Position numbers and translations under genes: made by a program
In this document: positions 1 to 8,732 of the stretch, in pieces
Layout of the letters: every line of letters begins with the position of its first letter
How positions within the stretch are numbered: the first letter of the stretch is position 1
Source of the DNA: a virus
DNA length: 43,793 nucleotides
IMG/VR virus record: IMGVR_UViG_3300039918_000006
Span: 1 to 43,793 of that record
Direction: 5' to 3' (one strand)
Notes under the pieces: generated by a model
The model's database searches: none
What the model saw: only the letters and a program-made list of their open reading frames with translations
What the model was told of the DNA's origin: nothing

Positions 1-55
1 ATAACCGAGCACCGACTGCGCGGGCGTCATTCCTTGGGAGGGAGCGCCCGCGCGG
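1..55. repeat. Exact 55-nt copy of the window end (43739..43793); circular-closure overlap of the contig
   Basis: ATAACCGAGCACCGACTGCGCGGGCGTCATTCCTTGGGAGGGAGCGCCCGCGCGG is read at 1-55 and at 43739-43793. Gene order continues across the junction: major tail, chaperone, tape measure. Confidence 0.9.
18..53 (+). promoter_or_regulatory. GC-rich stem-loop between the major tail gene and the chaperone gene (possible attenuating hairpin)
   Basis: GCGCGGGCG (18-26) is complementary to CGCCCGCGC (45-53), with an 18-nt loop and no U-tract. It is intergenic. Confidence 0.3.
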
Positions 56-85
56 CACGGGCTAAATCCCTCTCAAGGACTAGAA

Positions 86-520
86 ATGACTTTCGATATT
101 ACCTCGCTTGAAATCGCCGATTCCGGCAAATACCACGTTACCAATGCCAAGGGCGATCCGCAGTATGACGCCAAAGGCAATCCGATTACGATCACCGTCA
201 CCAGCCCCGGCACGAAGAAAGCTACTCGCGCACAGTTCAAGCGCGACGAAGCCCGCAGCGCTCGCGTCGTCGGCCAAATGGCCGGCAAGAATTCCAAGCG
301 CACCGAAGATGATGAAGTGCGCGAGCGCGCCGCATTCCTAGCTGAAGTTACTGAATCACTGGATGGCTTCAGCTATGCAGGCGGTCCTGTCGAGCTGTAC
401 AAGAATCTCAAGCTCGGTCACATCGCTGATGGCGTTGAAAAGTTCTTCAATGATCGGGGAAACTTCAGCGTGGAATCGCCAGCCGATGTGTCGAATACGT
501 CCGCTACGTCGCATGGCTAA
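86..520 (+). CDS. Tail assembly chaperone (gpG-like)
   Basis: 144-aa ORF located between the major tail gene (across the junction) and the tape measure. It carries a slippery site near its 3' end. Confidence 0.8.
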   Translation: MTFDITSLEIADSGKYHVTNAKGDPQYDAKGNPITITVTSPGTKKATRAQFKRDEARSARVVGQMAGKNSKRTEDDEVRERAAFLAEVTESLDGFSYAGGPVELYKNLKLGHIADGVEKFFNDRGNFSVESPADVSNTSATSHG

Positions 521-939
521 ATTCCACGCCTGAGAAGGCCGAAAAGAATCCAAAGCCGTGGTCAGGCATACCACGGCGGGAAACCATTGAAAGGGCGCTA
601 GGATACGTTCCTGCGCCCGAGATCGAAGAAGTCCAGCACGTAGTCAATGTGCTGTTTGCAGTCGGCCCTGTAATTGGTGAGGCTTGGGTAACAGAACGTG
701 ATTTACAGGCTTGGGAGGCTCGCAGAGATATCTGCTTGCTTCCTTGGCAGGCGGATCTGATTATCGAGTGCTCTAAGGCGTGGCTCTCTGAAATGCATGC
801 AGCGCGTGAAGCCGACGCGCAATGCCCATGGGAGGATGGTTCTCTTATGTGGCAAAAAGCCCGCAACATGCAGGCCGAAAAGTCTTGGGATCGTTTAGAA
901 GAAAAGGAAAAGCGCAATGGCAGTCGTAAGCGACGTTGA
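86..939 (+). CDS. Tail assembly chaperone G-T-type fusion made by -1 programmed frameshift (predicted 284 aa)
   Basis: The zero-frame heptamer G_GGA_AAC lies at 457-463. The -1 frame is open from 454 to the stop at 937-939 (checked codon by codon). The 3' end overlaps the tape measure start at 917. Confidence 0.75.
457..463 (+). promoter_or_regulatory. -1 ribosomal frameshift slippery heptamer GGGAAAC
   Basis: It has the X_XXY_YYZ pattern in phase with the 86..520 frame (codons cgG GGA AAC). Lambda G-T uses GGGAAAG at the same position. Confidence 0.75.
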
Positions 940-3900
940 AATTCGGTTACGGGCTGACATTGCGCGGCTCCAGCAGGACATGAACCAAGTTCGGCGGTCC
1001 GTCGATAACACCATGTCCAGTGTGAGTCAAGCTGCTCAGCGAGCGCGCAATGCGCTTATGGGTATTGCTGCTGGGATCGGCGTCGGACAGATTGCCAATA
1101 TGGTGGACGAATATGCCAAGTTCACCGCCCAGCTAAAACTAGCCTCTCAGTCTCAACGTGAGTACGCAGCCGGATATGCTGACGTAAAGCGAATCGCTGC
1201 TCAATCCACGCAGGGCTTGCAAGAAACCGGCGTGCTGTATGCGAGGATTGCAAACGGCACCAAGGAACTAGGAATCGCTCAAAAGCAAGTTGCAGCGATT
1301 ACTGAGACGGTCAACCTTTCCCTTTTGGTTTCTGGCGCAACTGCATCTGAGGCTGCTTCAGCGCAGTTGCAGCTGTCGCAGGCATTCGCATCTGGCACTC
1401 TGCGCGGCGAAGAATTCAATGCGGTGAACGAGGCTGCTCCTCGTTTAATGCTTGCTCTTGCAGACGGTATCGGCGTGCCGGTTGGTGCCCTCAAGAAGAT
1501 GGCCGAGCAAGGGGAGATCACCTCCAAGATAATGGCTGATGTGCTTCCAAATGCACTGGAAAAGCTTCGGAATGAAGCCAAGGAAGTTCAGACCATATCG
1601 GGGGCATTCACTGTCTTACGTAACAGTGTCATGGAATTTGTTGGGGTTCAAGCCCAAGCAAATGGTGTAGTCGCTACAATCTCAAGTTCTCTCACACTCT
1701 TTGCGCAGAATCTTGGATTGGTTGCTGGGGCGATAGGCGTTGTGCTAGCAGCTAAGTTTGTTAGCTGGCTATCGTCAATCGGAAGCGCGACTGTCACAGC
1801 AACGGCGGGCAACCGTGCGTTCTTAGCTTCTAACCTAGAGGTGGCGCGTTCTCAAGCGACGGCTACAGCTCAAGCCTCGTTGCTTGCCAATGCCAGGCTT
1901 GCAGAGATTCGAACCGCAACTCTCGCGGCAACCGGCAACGTTCAGCTTGCGCTTACTACTAACGCTCTGATCCCTGCTCAAACTAGAGCGACAGTGGCTA
2001 CGGCTGCACACGAAGCGGCAATGCAGAGGTTAGTCATCGCGCAGCGCGCGGCCTCATTGGGAGCCGCTGCGCTAGGTGCCGCTACAACTGCTGCGAGCCG
2101 GTTAGTTGCCTTGACTGGTGGCCCGATTGGCTTCTTGATTACTGTTCTTGGGGGCGCAGCGCTTGCTTTTAGTCATTACGGAGACAAAGCTAAAGAGGCA
2201 GCTGAAAAAGCTAAAGGCGCTGTTGAACAGTCTACTCAGGAAATTGTTGATGGGCTGAATAAGCAAAATGAGAAGCTGCGAGAGCGAATCGAACTCTCTA
2301 AGCAGGCCGGTAAGGCTGACGCCGCACGGCAGGGCGGCGAAGCGGTCGAGAAACTAGCGGCGCTGGGTTCAAAAATCAACCTCGAACTTACTGCTATTAA
2401 TCAGGGATTGTATGGTCCTTACAAGGATGAGGGTACTGCGAGGCTGCGCGTCGTAGAGCTTCAATACGAGTACACGGCACTTTCTGAAGCGATTGATAGG
2501 GTTTCGGCGTCGCAAAAAGAGATAGCGAACGGAACTCGCGAAAGTCAGATTACCGAGTGGTTTGCTCAGAATGGGACTAAGGCTCAAAGGCTTGCGGCAG
2601 AACTAAAGGTATTGAAAGAAAGGTTCGGTGAGATTCCTCCAGAAATGGAGCGCCTTGTACGTGAGAAGTATGCGGAAAAAGACCTGGGCGCAAATGCTCT
2701 GGAACAAGCAAGAAAGGCAGCAGAGAACTACATCGAGTCGCTAAAGCAGCAGCAAGCAACTGTTTCTATGAATGCCGAGCAGCAACGGATGTACGCTGCT
2801 GCGCAGGCGGCAGCTAAAGCTCCGACAGAGGACCTAAAGAATCAGATTCTGCAACAAGCTGCTGCGACCAATGAAGCAATTAAATCACAGGAGAATTACG
2901 AGAAAAGCCAAGAAAGCGTTGCGAGAATACAAAGTGAAATTGCTGATAGCCGGAAAGATTCAATCTCCGCAGCGTCCCAAGAGGCGGAGAAAAATGAGCA
3001 ATTGGCTAAAACGTTTGGTATGACTGAAGCGGCGATTGCTGCCCTTGAGGTCGCGCGTCTGAAGGAGCAGCTTGCACAGCGCTCCAGCCTTGGCTTGACC
3101 TTGGATGAAATCGAGCATCTTGAAACGCTCATCACGTTGAAAGAACGCAGTGCCAAGGCTGTGGCTGATCGGGAGGAATTAGAGCAAACTAAACAATTCT
3201 GGGAAGACATCGAAAAGACCGCGCACGACACTTTCGTCTCCATCGCTGATGGCGGCAAGAACGCATTTCAGCGCCTAAAGGAGACGGCAAAGAATACGTT
3301 CTTCGACTGGCTGTATCAGCAGACCCTGAAGAAGTGGATTATCAATATCCAAGCTTCTACGTCTGGTGGCGGTATGTCGATCCTCGACACGTTCCAGCAA
3401 AAGGGATTCTCTGGGCTGTTCGATGCTGGCATGAACATCTTCAAGGGATTCAGCCAGGGTATCTCGACCAGTCTTGGTGGCGTCATTAGCAAGCTTGGCT
3501 CGACGTTCGGCAGTAAGGCTGTTCAATCGTTCGGCAGCGGCATTTCTTCGTCTGCTAGCGCGGGCGGTATTGCCGGCGCAATCGTTGCCGGCATGATGGC
3601 TAACGACAAGTTCTATTCTCAGGGATGGCGCTTGGAGGGTCAGGCCGGCGACATCATCAAGTCTCAGCTGAGCAGCATGTTTAATGGAAGTGGAATCAAA
3701 TCGCTGTCTTCCATCATTAAGACTAGCGTTTCATCATTTGGTAAGATCCTTAGTAACAGTTTAAAAGGTAATATTTTTGAAGCCATTAAAGAAACTTTAA
3801 ACCTTAACAATTCTTCTTTTAAAAGTTTTATTAGCGGAATTGGCATAAGTAACGGGTTAGCGCCAATTACAGCAATCATGACGGCTAGTATGTCTAGCTT

Positions 3901-5701
3901 CGAAAAGATTGTCGGCAAGATTGGTATCAACAATCGCTTTGCTTCCCTGATCTCTGGATCAGCGGTCTTTGCACGCGCATTCGGTCGTAAAGCCCCCGAG
4001 ATCAAAGAGCAAGGGCTGAAGGGAACCCTGAGCGGCTCTGGCTTCTCCGGCAACAGCTACGCCTACATCTTGGAAAAAGGCGGCTGGTTCCGTAGCGATA
4101 AATGGTCTACGCAAACCGCAGCGCTTGAGAAGGAGCAGCAGCAATACTTCTCCGGCACGATTCAGGCGATGATCGGATCGGTAAAAGCCTTTGGCGATGT
4201 CTTGGGTGTGCAGACTAGCGCAATCGAAGGCTACAGCAAGAGCATCCAACTCAAATGGACCGATAACGCGGAAGAAAACGAAAAGATGGTTGCCGACCTG
4301 TTCGCAGGTATTGGCGATGAGCTTGCTGTTCTACTTCTGCCAAACATCGCGCAGTTCCAGCAGTCAGGCGAAACCGCAGCAGCGGCGTTGCAGCGCGTCG
4401 TCGTCGGTTTCCAGGCAGTGGACGCGGTTCTAGCTGCTCTCGGCACGAATAGCGAGCAAGCATTCCGTGCTGTTGGTGTGGCAAGTCTGGAAGCACGCGA
4501 GCGCCTTGTGGCTCTCGCTGGTGGGATCGATTCTTTCGCTTCGCAGTCGCAGTTCTATGTCAACAACTTCCTGACCCGAGCCGAACAACTCGAACCTATT
4601 CAGCGCATGGTTAATGACCAGTTAGCCGCGCTTGGTTATGCCGGCGTAAAAACTGGAGACCAATTCAAGCAGGTTGTAAATCAGTTGATTGCTTCGGGTG
4701 CGCTTGCGACAGAAGAAGGCGCGAAGACGTATTCGTCACTCATGGCCCTGGCTCCAGCCTTCCAGACCGTAACGGACTATCTTAACGAGCTGAAGGAGGC
4801 GGCGAAGGAAACAGCGTCCAATCGTCTGGATTCTCTGAGCCGCGCTGTAGATGCGCAAAAGGACATCGTAACCAAAGCGTATCAATCCGCGATGACCGAA
4901 CTCGAAACGCAGATTGATGGCGTCAACGATTCGATATCGCGCACGCAAGAGCTTTCCGAAGCGCTGAAGGGCGCTATTGGTACTGTCTCGTCACCTACGC
5001 AGGCATACGCAGCACGACAGGCCGCGCAGGCGCAGATTGCGACTGCTTTGGCCATCGCTAAGGCTAGCGGGGTACTGCCTTCTACAGACGATTTGCGCGA
5101 TGCTCTGTCTTCGCTTAGTCGTGACTCCTCGGGCCAGTTCTCCACTCTGGCCGATTATCAGCGCGAGGTGGCGCGCACCAATAACCAGCTGATCGAACTC
5201 GGCGGGCTGACAGACGATCAACTGAGCGTAGCAGAGCGTCAATTGCGTGCGCTGCAAGACCAGAAGGAATTGGCTCGCACCACTTCCGAAAACGAATTGC
5301 TGCGCCTCGATTCGTTGGTAAGTTTCCAGCAGCGACAGCTGAATGCGCTGACCGGCGTTGATGATCGCGTCTATTCAGTTGCTGAAGCAGTGCGCCGCGT
5401 GGAAGAGGCGCTTGATGCACTCCGCTATGCTCCGCCAGGCGCAAGCGTTGGCCTGCCGACTAGCGTTGTTAATCCAAATCCGAATCTTGCTCAACCATCT
5501 GTTCCAGTTGTTAGCATGCCGCAACAGTACGGTACAATGGGTGGCAGTGCTGCGGCGATGGCGCAGCAAACCGCAATCAACGACCGATTTGCAAATATGG
5601 AAAAGGCAATGAACCGCACTGCCAACGCTGTCACTCAACTGGCATCTCAATTCGACCAAGCCTCGGGCGGCGGCAATGCTCTTTTGGTGGAAACTGCATA
5701 A
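917..5701 (+). CDS. Tail tape measure protein (1594 aa)
   Basis: Very long Ala/Gln/Leu/Glu-rich ORF immediately after the G/G-T chaperones. RBS-like GAAAAGGAAAAG lies upstream. Confidence 0.95.
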   Translation: MAVVSDVEIRLRADIARLQQDMNQVRRSVDNTMSSVSQAAQRARNALMGIAAGIGVGQIANMVDEYAKFTAQLKLASQSQREYAAGYADVKRIAAQSTQGLQETGVLYARIANGTKELGIAQKQVAAITETVNLSLLVSGATASEAASAQLQLSQAFASGTLRGEEFNAVNEAAPRLMLALADGIGVPVGALKKMAEQGEITSKIMADVLPNALEKLRNEAKEVQTISGAFTVLRNSVMEFVGVQAQANGVVATISSSLTLFAQNLGLVAGAIGVVLAAKFVSWLSSIGSATVTATAGNRAFLASNLEVARSQATATAQASLLANARLAEIRTATLAATGNVQLALTTNALIPAQTRATVATAAHEAAMQRLVIAQRAASLGAAALGAATTAASRLVALTGGPIGFLITVLGGAALAFSHYGDKAKEAAEKAKGAVEQSTQEIVDGLNKQNEKLRERIELSKQAGKADAARQGGEAVEKLAALGSKINLELTAINQGLYGPYKDEGTARLRVVELQYEYTALSEAIDRVSASQKEIANGTRESQITEWFAQNGTKAQRLAAELKVLKERFGEIPPEMERLVREKYAEKDLGANALEQARKAAENYIESLKQQQATVSMNAEQQRMYAAAQAAAKAPTEDLKNQILQQAAATNEAIKSQENYEKSQESVARIQSEIADSRKDSISAASQEAEKNEQLAKTFGMTEAAIAALEVARLKEQLAQRSSLGLTLDEIEHLETLITLKERSAKAVADREELEQTKQFWEDIEKTAHDTFVSIADGGKNAFQRLKETAKNTFFDWLYQQTLKKWIINIQASTSGGGMSILDTFQQKGFSGLFDAGMNIFKGFSQGISTSLGGVISKLGSTFGSKAVQSFGSGISSSASAGGIAGAIVAGMMANDKFYSQGWRLEGQAGDIIKSQLSSMFNGSGIKSLSSIIKTSVSSFGKILSNSLKGNIFEAIKETLNLNNSSFKSFISGIGISNGLAPITAIMTASMSSFEKIVGKIGINNRFASLISGSAVFARAFGRKAPEIKEQGLKGTLSGSGFSGNSYAYILEKGGWFRSDKWSTQTAALEKEQQQYFSGTIQAMIGSVKAFGDVLGVQTSAIEGYSKSIQLKWTDNAEENEKMVADLFAGIGDELAVLLLPNIAQFQQSGETAAAALQRVVVGFQAVDAVLAALGTNSEQAFRAVGVASLEARERLVALAGGIDSFASQSQFYVNNFLTRAEQLEPIQRMVNDQLAALGYAGVKTGDQFKQVVNQLIASGALATEEGAKTYSSLMALAPAFQTVTDYLNELKEAAKETASNRLDSLSRAVDAQKDIVTKAYQSAMTELETQIDGVNDSISRTQELSEALKGAIGTVSSPTQAYAARQAAQAQIATALAIAKASGVLPSTDDLRDALSSLSRDSSGQFSTLADYQREVARTNNQLIELGGLTDDQLSVAERQLRALQDQKELARTTSENELLRLDSLVSFQQRQLNALTGVDDRVYSVAEAVRRVEEALDALRYAPPGASVGLPTSVVNPNPNLAQPSVPVVSMPQQYGTMGGSAAAMAQQTAINDRFANMEKAMNRTANAVTQLASQFDQASGGGNALLVETA

Positions 5702-5713
5702 AAGGGAATATGC

Positions 5714-7636
5714 ATGGAACAATATGCGGACGTAATGATAGATCCCCAGGGGAATGTTGTAGCCAATGCTCTGGTTCCAATTCTCGATTCCCAAGGCGTT
5801 CTAGCAAAGATATTCCAGTCAAATAGCCAGATTTCGCCTGCCGCCAACCCCATCCGAACGGGATCGTTAGGGGAATTTGCTTTCTATGCTCGCAATGGAC
5901 GATATCGGTTAGGAAACGTCTCTGTCGGCGATAAGGTATTCCCGTTACCGCACCGAGAAATATTGCTGTACGACCCGACAGATGATGTAGGTGGAATTCC
6001 TGTGCGAGTTGATCGGCTTGAATCGAGCGTCGAACAACTCGACATCGAAGCCGATGCCGCAACCCAAGCACTCGACGCCCTGCAACTTCCCGACTACGCC
6101 GCCCTGCGCGCGTACAAGGGGCCGCGGAAATCGGTCTACGTGACTGGCGCAGGCATCGCGGGCATGTTCGTGCGCGATGATGCGGACACGGCCAGCGCGG
6201 ACAATGGGGGCACCGTTATTGTTGCGGCTGGCAAGCGGTTCAAGCGTGTGGTCGACGGCGCTGTGAATGTGCGCTGGTTTGGGGTTATTGGTGACGGCGT
6301 GGCCAACGATACCGCCGCTATGCAGTCCGCGCTTGACTATCTCGCTACGGCGGCCTGTTCGCATCTTGATGCCACTGGCCTGACAATTCGCCTGACTGAC
6401 CCGGTAACGTTGCGGGCATCGCAGAAGATCATTGAGGGCAAGCGCGCGAAAGTCATCCTCGCCAGCTCCACGGCTGGATTCCGTATTGCCGGGCAAGCCA
6501 ACAAGTTTAGCGGATTCAAGTTTTCGCAGGCGTCGCAGGCCGACACGCCAACAGCGATCTACGTGTTCAACGACACCATCACGAACAATTCCAGCTACAC
6601 CCTCATTGAAGAATGTGAAGGCGAGAACGTCTATCGCGGAGTTCACTTCTACATGGGGATTACCGGCGCTGGTGCAGCGGCATACCGCCATACCGTCAAG
6701 GGCTGCCGATTCGTAAAGAACTACCTGCCGAAAGGCTGGCCGGGCAGTTTCGGCATTGCCTTCGACGGCCCGAATTCAGGTGACGCTGCCGGCAACGATT
6801 CGCGCGTCATCGATACCTTTGTGAAAGGCTACGAAAGCAACTACCTCGTCCACAACTCCGTCGCTACGGCCTTTATTGCCTGCTCGGGCGATGGTTCGGG
6901 CGCTAATGGCTGCTTCAAGTATTCGGGCAACTCGTCGGGCATTCGTATCATTGGAGGCTATTACGAGTATCTCGACAGCTTCATTCATTGCACCGATGGC
7001 GCTAAGTACGATGCGTACATCCTGTACCCATCCGTCGCCAACGTAACCAACGCGCTTATTACAGGCGACGGGATCACTTTCGTTTCCGGTGGCTGGTCTA
7101 TTGGTACGGCAAACCAGAGTGAAATCAAGAACGGCGCATATAAAACCACTGGCACGGCGGTTGCCGAGGTGTGGGCTGCGAACGGCCTGCAAGTGTATTC
7201 GCACAAGGACAAGATCCTGCGCATGTCGGTCGACAACGCCGGCACGTTCCTGTTCGACGGCACGTTCGCCTTCAAGGGGTTGATGAGTGTCGATACCATC
7301 CGGGGCTATACGGGTGGTGGCACGCCGCTCAAGATCGTCCTTACCTCGGCCTCGACGTTGACGCGGCTGGTATTTGGCACCAACTCGACCGAGCGCTGGG
7401 AAGTCCCGTTTGCGGGCGACTTCCAGCCCGTCACTGACAACAGCGTGAATTTCGGCAGCGCAGCGAAACGCGCCGCAACCGCCTTTGCCTACAATCTGAA
7501 CCTCAAGCCGCCCGCGTCGGCAACGCCTGCCAACAACGGCGAAATGACGTTCGAGCTGACGAGCAACACACAGTTGCAAGTAAAGGTGAAGGGTTCCGAT
7601 GGCGTGGTGCGCAGCGCAGCCCTGACGCTGGCATAA
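5714..7636 (+). CDS. Tail protein with pectate-lyase-like right-handed beta-helix domain (putative tailspike/depolymerase)
   Basis: 640 aa and the first gene after the tape measure. The motif VNVRWFGVIGDGVANDTAAMQSALDYL matches the conserved start of pectate_lyase_3-type beta-helix domains. Confidence 0.65.
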   Translation: MEQYADVMIDPQGNVVANALVPILDSQGVLAKIFQSNSQISPAANPIRTGSLGEFAFYARNGRYRLGNVSVGDKVFPLPHREILLYDPTDDVGGIPVRVDRLESSVEQLDIEADAATQALDALQLPDYAALRAYKGPRKSVYVTGAGIAGMFVRDDADTASADNGGTVIVAAGKRFKRVVDGAVNVRWFGVIGDGVANDTAAMQSALDYLATAACSHLDATGLTIRLTDPVTLRASQKIIEGKRAKVILASSTAGFRIAGQANKFSGFKFSQASQADTPTAIYVFNDTITNNSSYTLIEECEGENVYRGVHFYMGITGAGAAAYRHTVKGCRFVKNYLPKGWPGSFGIAFDGPNSGDAAGNDSRVIDTFVKGYESNYLVHNSVATAFIACSGDGSGANGCFKYSGNSSGIRIIGGYYEYLDSFIHCTDGAKYDAYILYPSVANVTNALITGDGITFVSGGWSIGTANQSEIKNGAYKTTGTAVAEVWAANGLQVYSHKDKILRMSVDNAGTFLFDGTFAFKGLMSVDTIRGYTGGGTPLKIVLTSASTLTRLVFGTNSTERWEVPFAGDFQPVTDNSVNFGSAAKRAATAFAYNLNLKPPASATPANNGEMTFELTSNTQLQVKVKGSDGVVRSAALTLA

Positions 7637-7646
7637 AGGACGACCC

Positions 7647-7691
7647 ATGACCGCCGCCATTCCCTACACCGCCGCACCAGCGGCGCATTGA
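7647..7691 (+). pseudogene. 14-codon stub (MTAAIPYTAAPAAH*) duplicating the N-terminus of the next gene; likely recombination scar
   Basis: It has its own RBS (AAGGA 7635-7639). Its first 8 codons, MTAAIPYT, mirror MTIAIPYT of the 7701 gene, and it stops at 7689-7691. Confidence 0.5.
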
Positions 7692-7700
7692 AAGAAACGC

Positions 7701-8732
7701 ATGACGATTGCTATTCCATACACAATCGGCGCATCTCCTTCTCGGCCCTCTGGAAATTCTGGAGTTAATGGTAGTTACGAGTATGGTGACGACATTGCCA
7801 GCGTGCTCGCACCCATTTCGATAACCGACGAAATGATGGTGTCGATTACTGCTGGAGGTATCGAGCTGACTGAAGACGCTGCACCTCTATGGAATCTATC
7901 TGCAACGTATGCTGAGGGTGATCGTGTCTACCTTCAAGAAACTCATCGTGTTTATGAAAGTATCAAGGATGGCAATGCAAACCGCTATCCAGGTGATTTG
8001 GCTAATCAGTTTAATGCGGCTGGTGTCGCCTCGTGGTGGATTGATGCTGGGCCTGCGAACCGATATGCAATGTTTGACGCGCTGATCTCAACGCAAACTG
8101 TTGCTCCTACTCCGTTGGATATCGTTCTTCGGCCTGGATCGTTCAATGGTATTGCAATGTTCGGTCTGGATGCTGATGAAATAGACATTGTAGTAACTGA
8201 CTACCCTGGGGGGGCCGTTGTATATAGCTATTCCGCATCGCTCGAAGGATCGCAGCCTTCTGACTACTACGAATACTTCTTCGACCGATTTAAGCCGCAG
8301 ACGCAATTTATCGCTACTGATTTAATACCCTACGGCGAGTCAGAGATTCGTATAACTCTAACCAAAGGAAGCGGCGATGTTCGCGTGGGCATGATTGCCT
8401 TAGGCGACTTGCGGCCGCTTGGCGAGCCTTTGCGAGGAGCAAGTGTTGAGCCGGTTGATTACAGCTACGTTTCTACTGACACTTTCGGAAATACAACGGT
8501 CCGCAAACGCAATAATGCTACTAGTCTGGCCATGTCGGCTAAGATGGATATTAACGACGCAAACTCGATCTTGGATACAATAAAAGAAGTTCTCGGCGTA
8601 CCCGTTGTAGTGGTTGGAAGCAAAGCACGTGGCTATGAAAATCTGACAGTTTTCGGCTTGCTTAGCGGCCGGATTCAACATGATGACTATGGTATGCCAA
8701 CGCTAAACATGACCGTTAAAGGATTGATCTGA
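7701..8732 (+). CDS. Putative distal tail / host-recognition protein
   Basis: 343 aa in the tail module. It has a carbohydrate-binding-like W..Y..GD.V.Y motif (WNLSATYAEGDRVYLQETHRVYE). Confidence 0.5.
   Translation: MTIAIPYTIGASPSRPSGNSGVNGSYEYGDDIASVLAPISITDEMMVSITAGGIELTEDAAPLWNLSATYAEGDRVYLQETHRVYESIKDGNANRYPGDLANQFNAAGVASWWIDAGPANRYAMFDALISTQTVAPTPLDIVLRPGSFNGIAMFGLDADEIDIVVTDYPGGAVVYSYSASLEGSQPSDYYEYFFDRFKPQTQFIATDLIPYGESEIRITLTKGSGDVRVGMIALGDLRPLGEPLRGASVEPVDYSYVSTDTFGNTTVRKRNNATSLAMSAKMDINDANSILDTIKEVLGVPVVVVGSKARGYENLTVFGLLSGRIQHDDYGMPTLNMTVKGLI

Noticed and set aside
1-55. A genuine short direct terminal repeat of the virion DNA.
   Set aside because: The length equals a common assembler k-mer. 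HNH + P27-type TerS + HK97-like head genes predict cohesive ends located near the terminase genes. The repeat falls in an intergenic hairpin between two tail genes.
578-584. Second GGGAAAC heptamer.
   Set aside because: It lies downstream of the zero-frame stop (520) and is out of phase for X_XXY_YYZ in the -1 (T) frame, so it cannot serve the G-T shift.
649-939. Stand-alone 96-aa ORF starting at GTG 649.
   Set aside because: It has no RBS. Its frame is open back to 454 and is reached by the in-phase GGGAAAC slippery site at 457-463. It is better explained as the T part of a G-T frameshift product.
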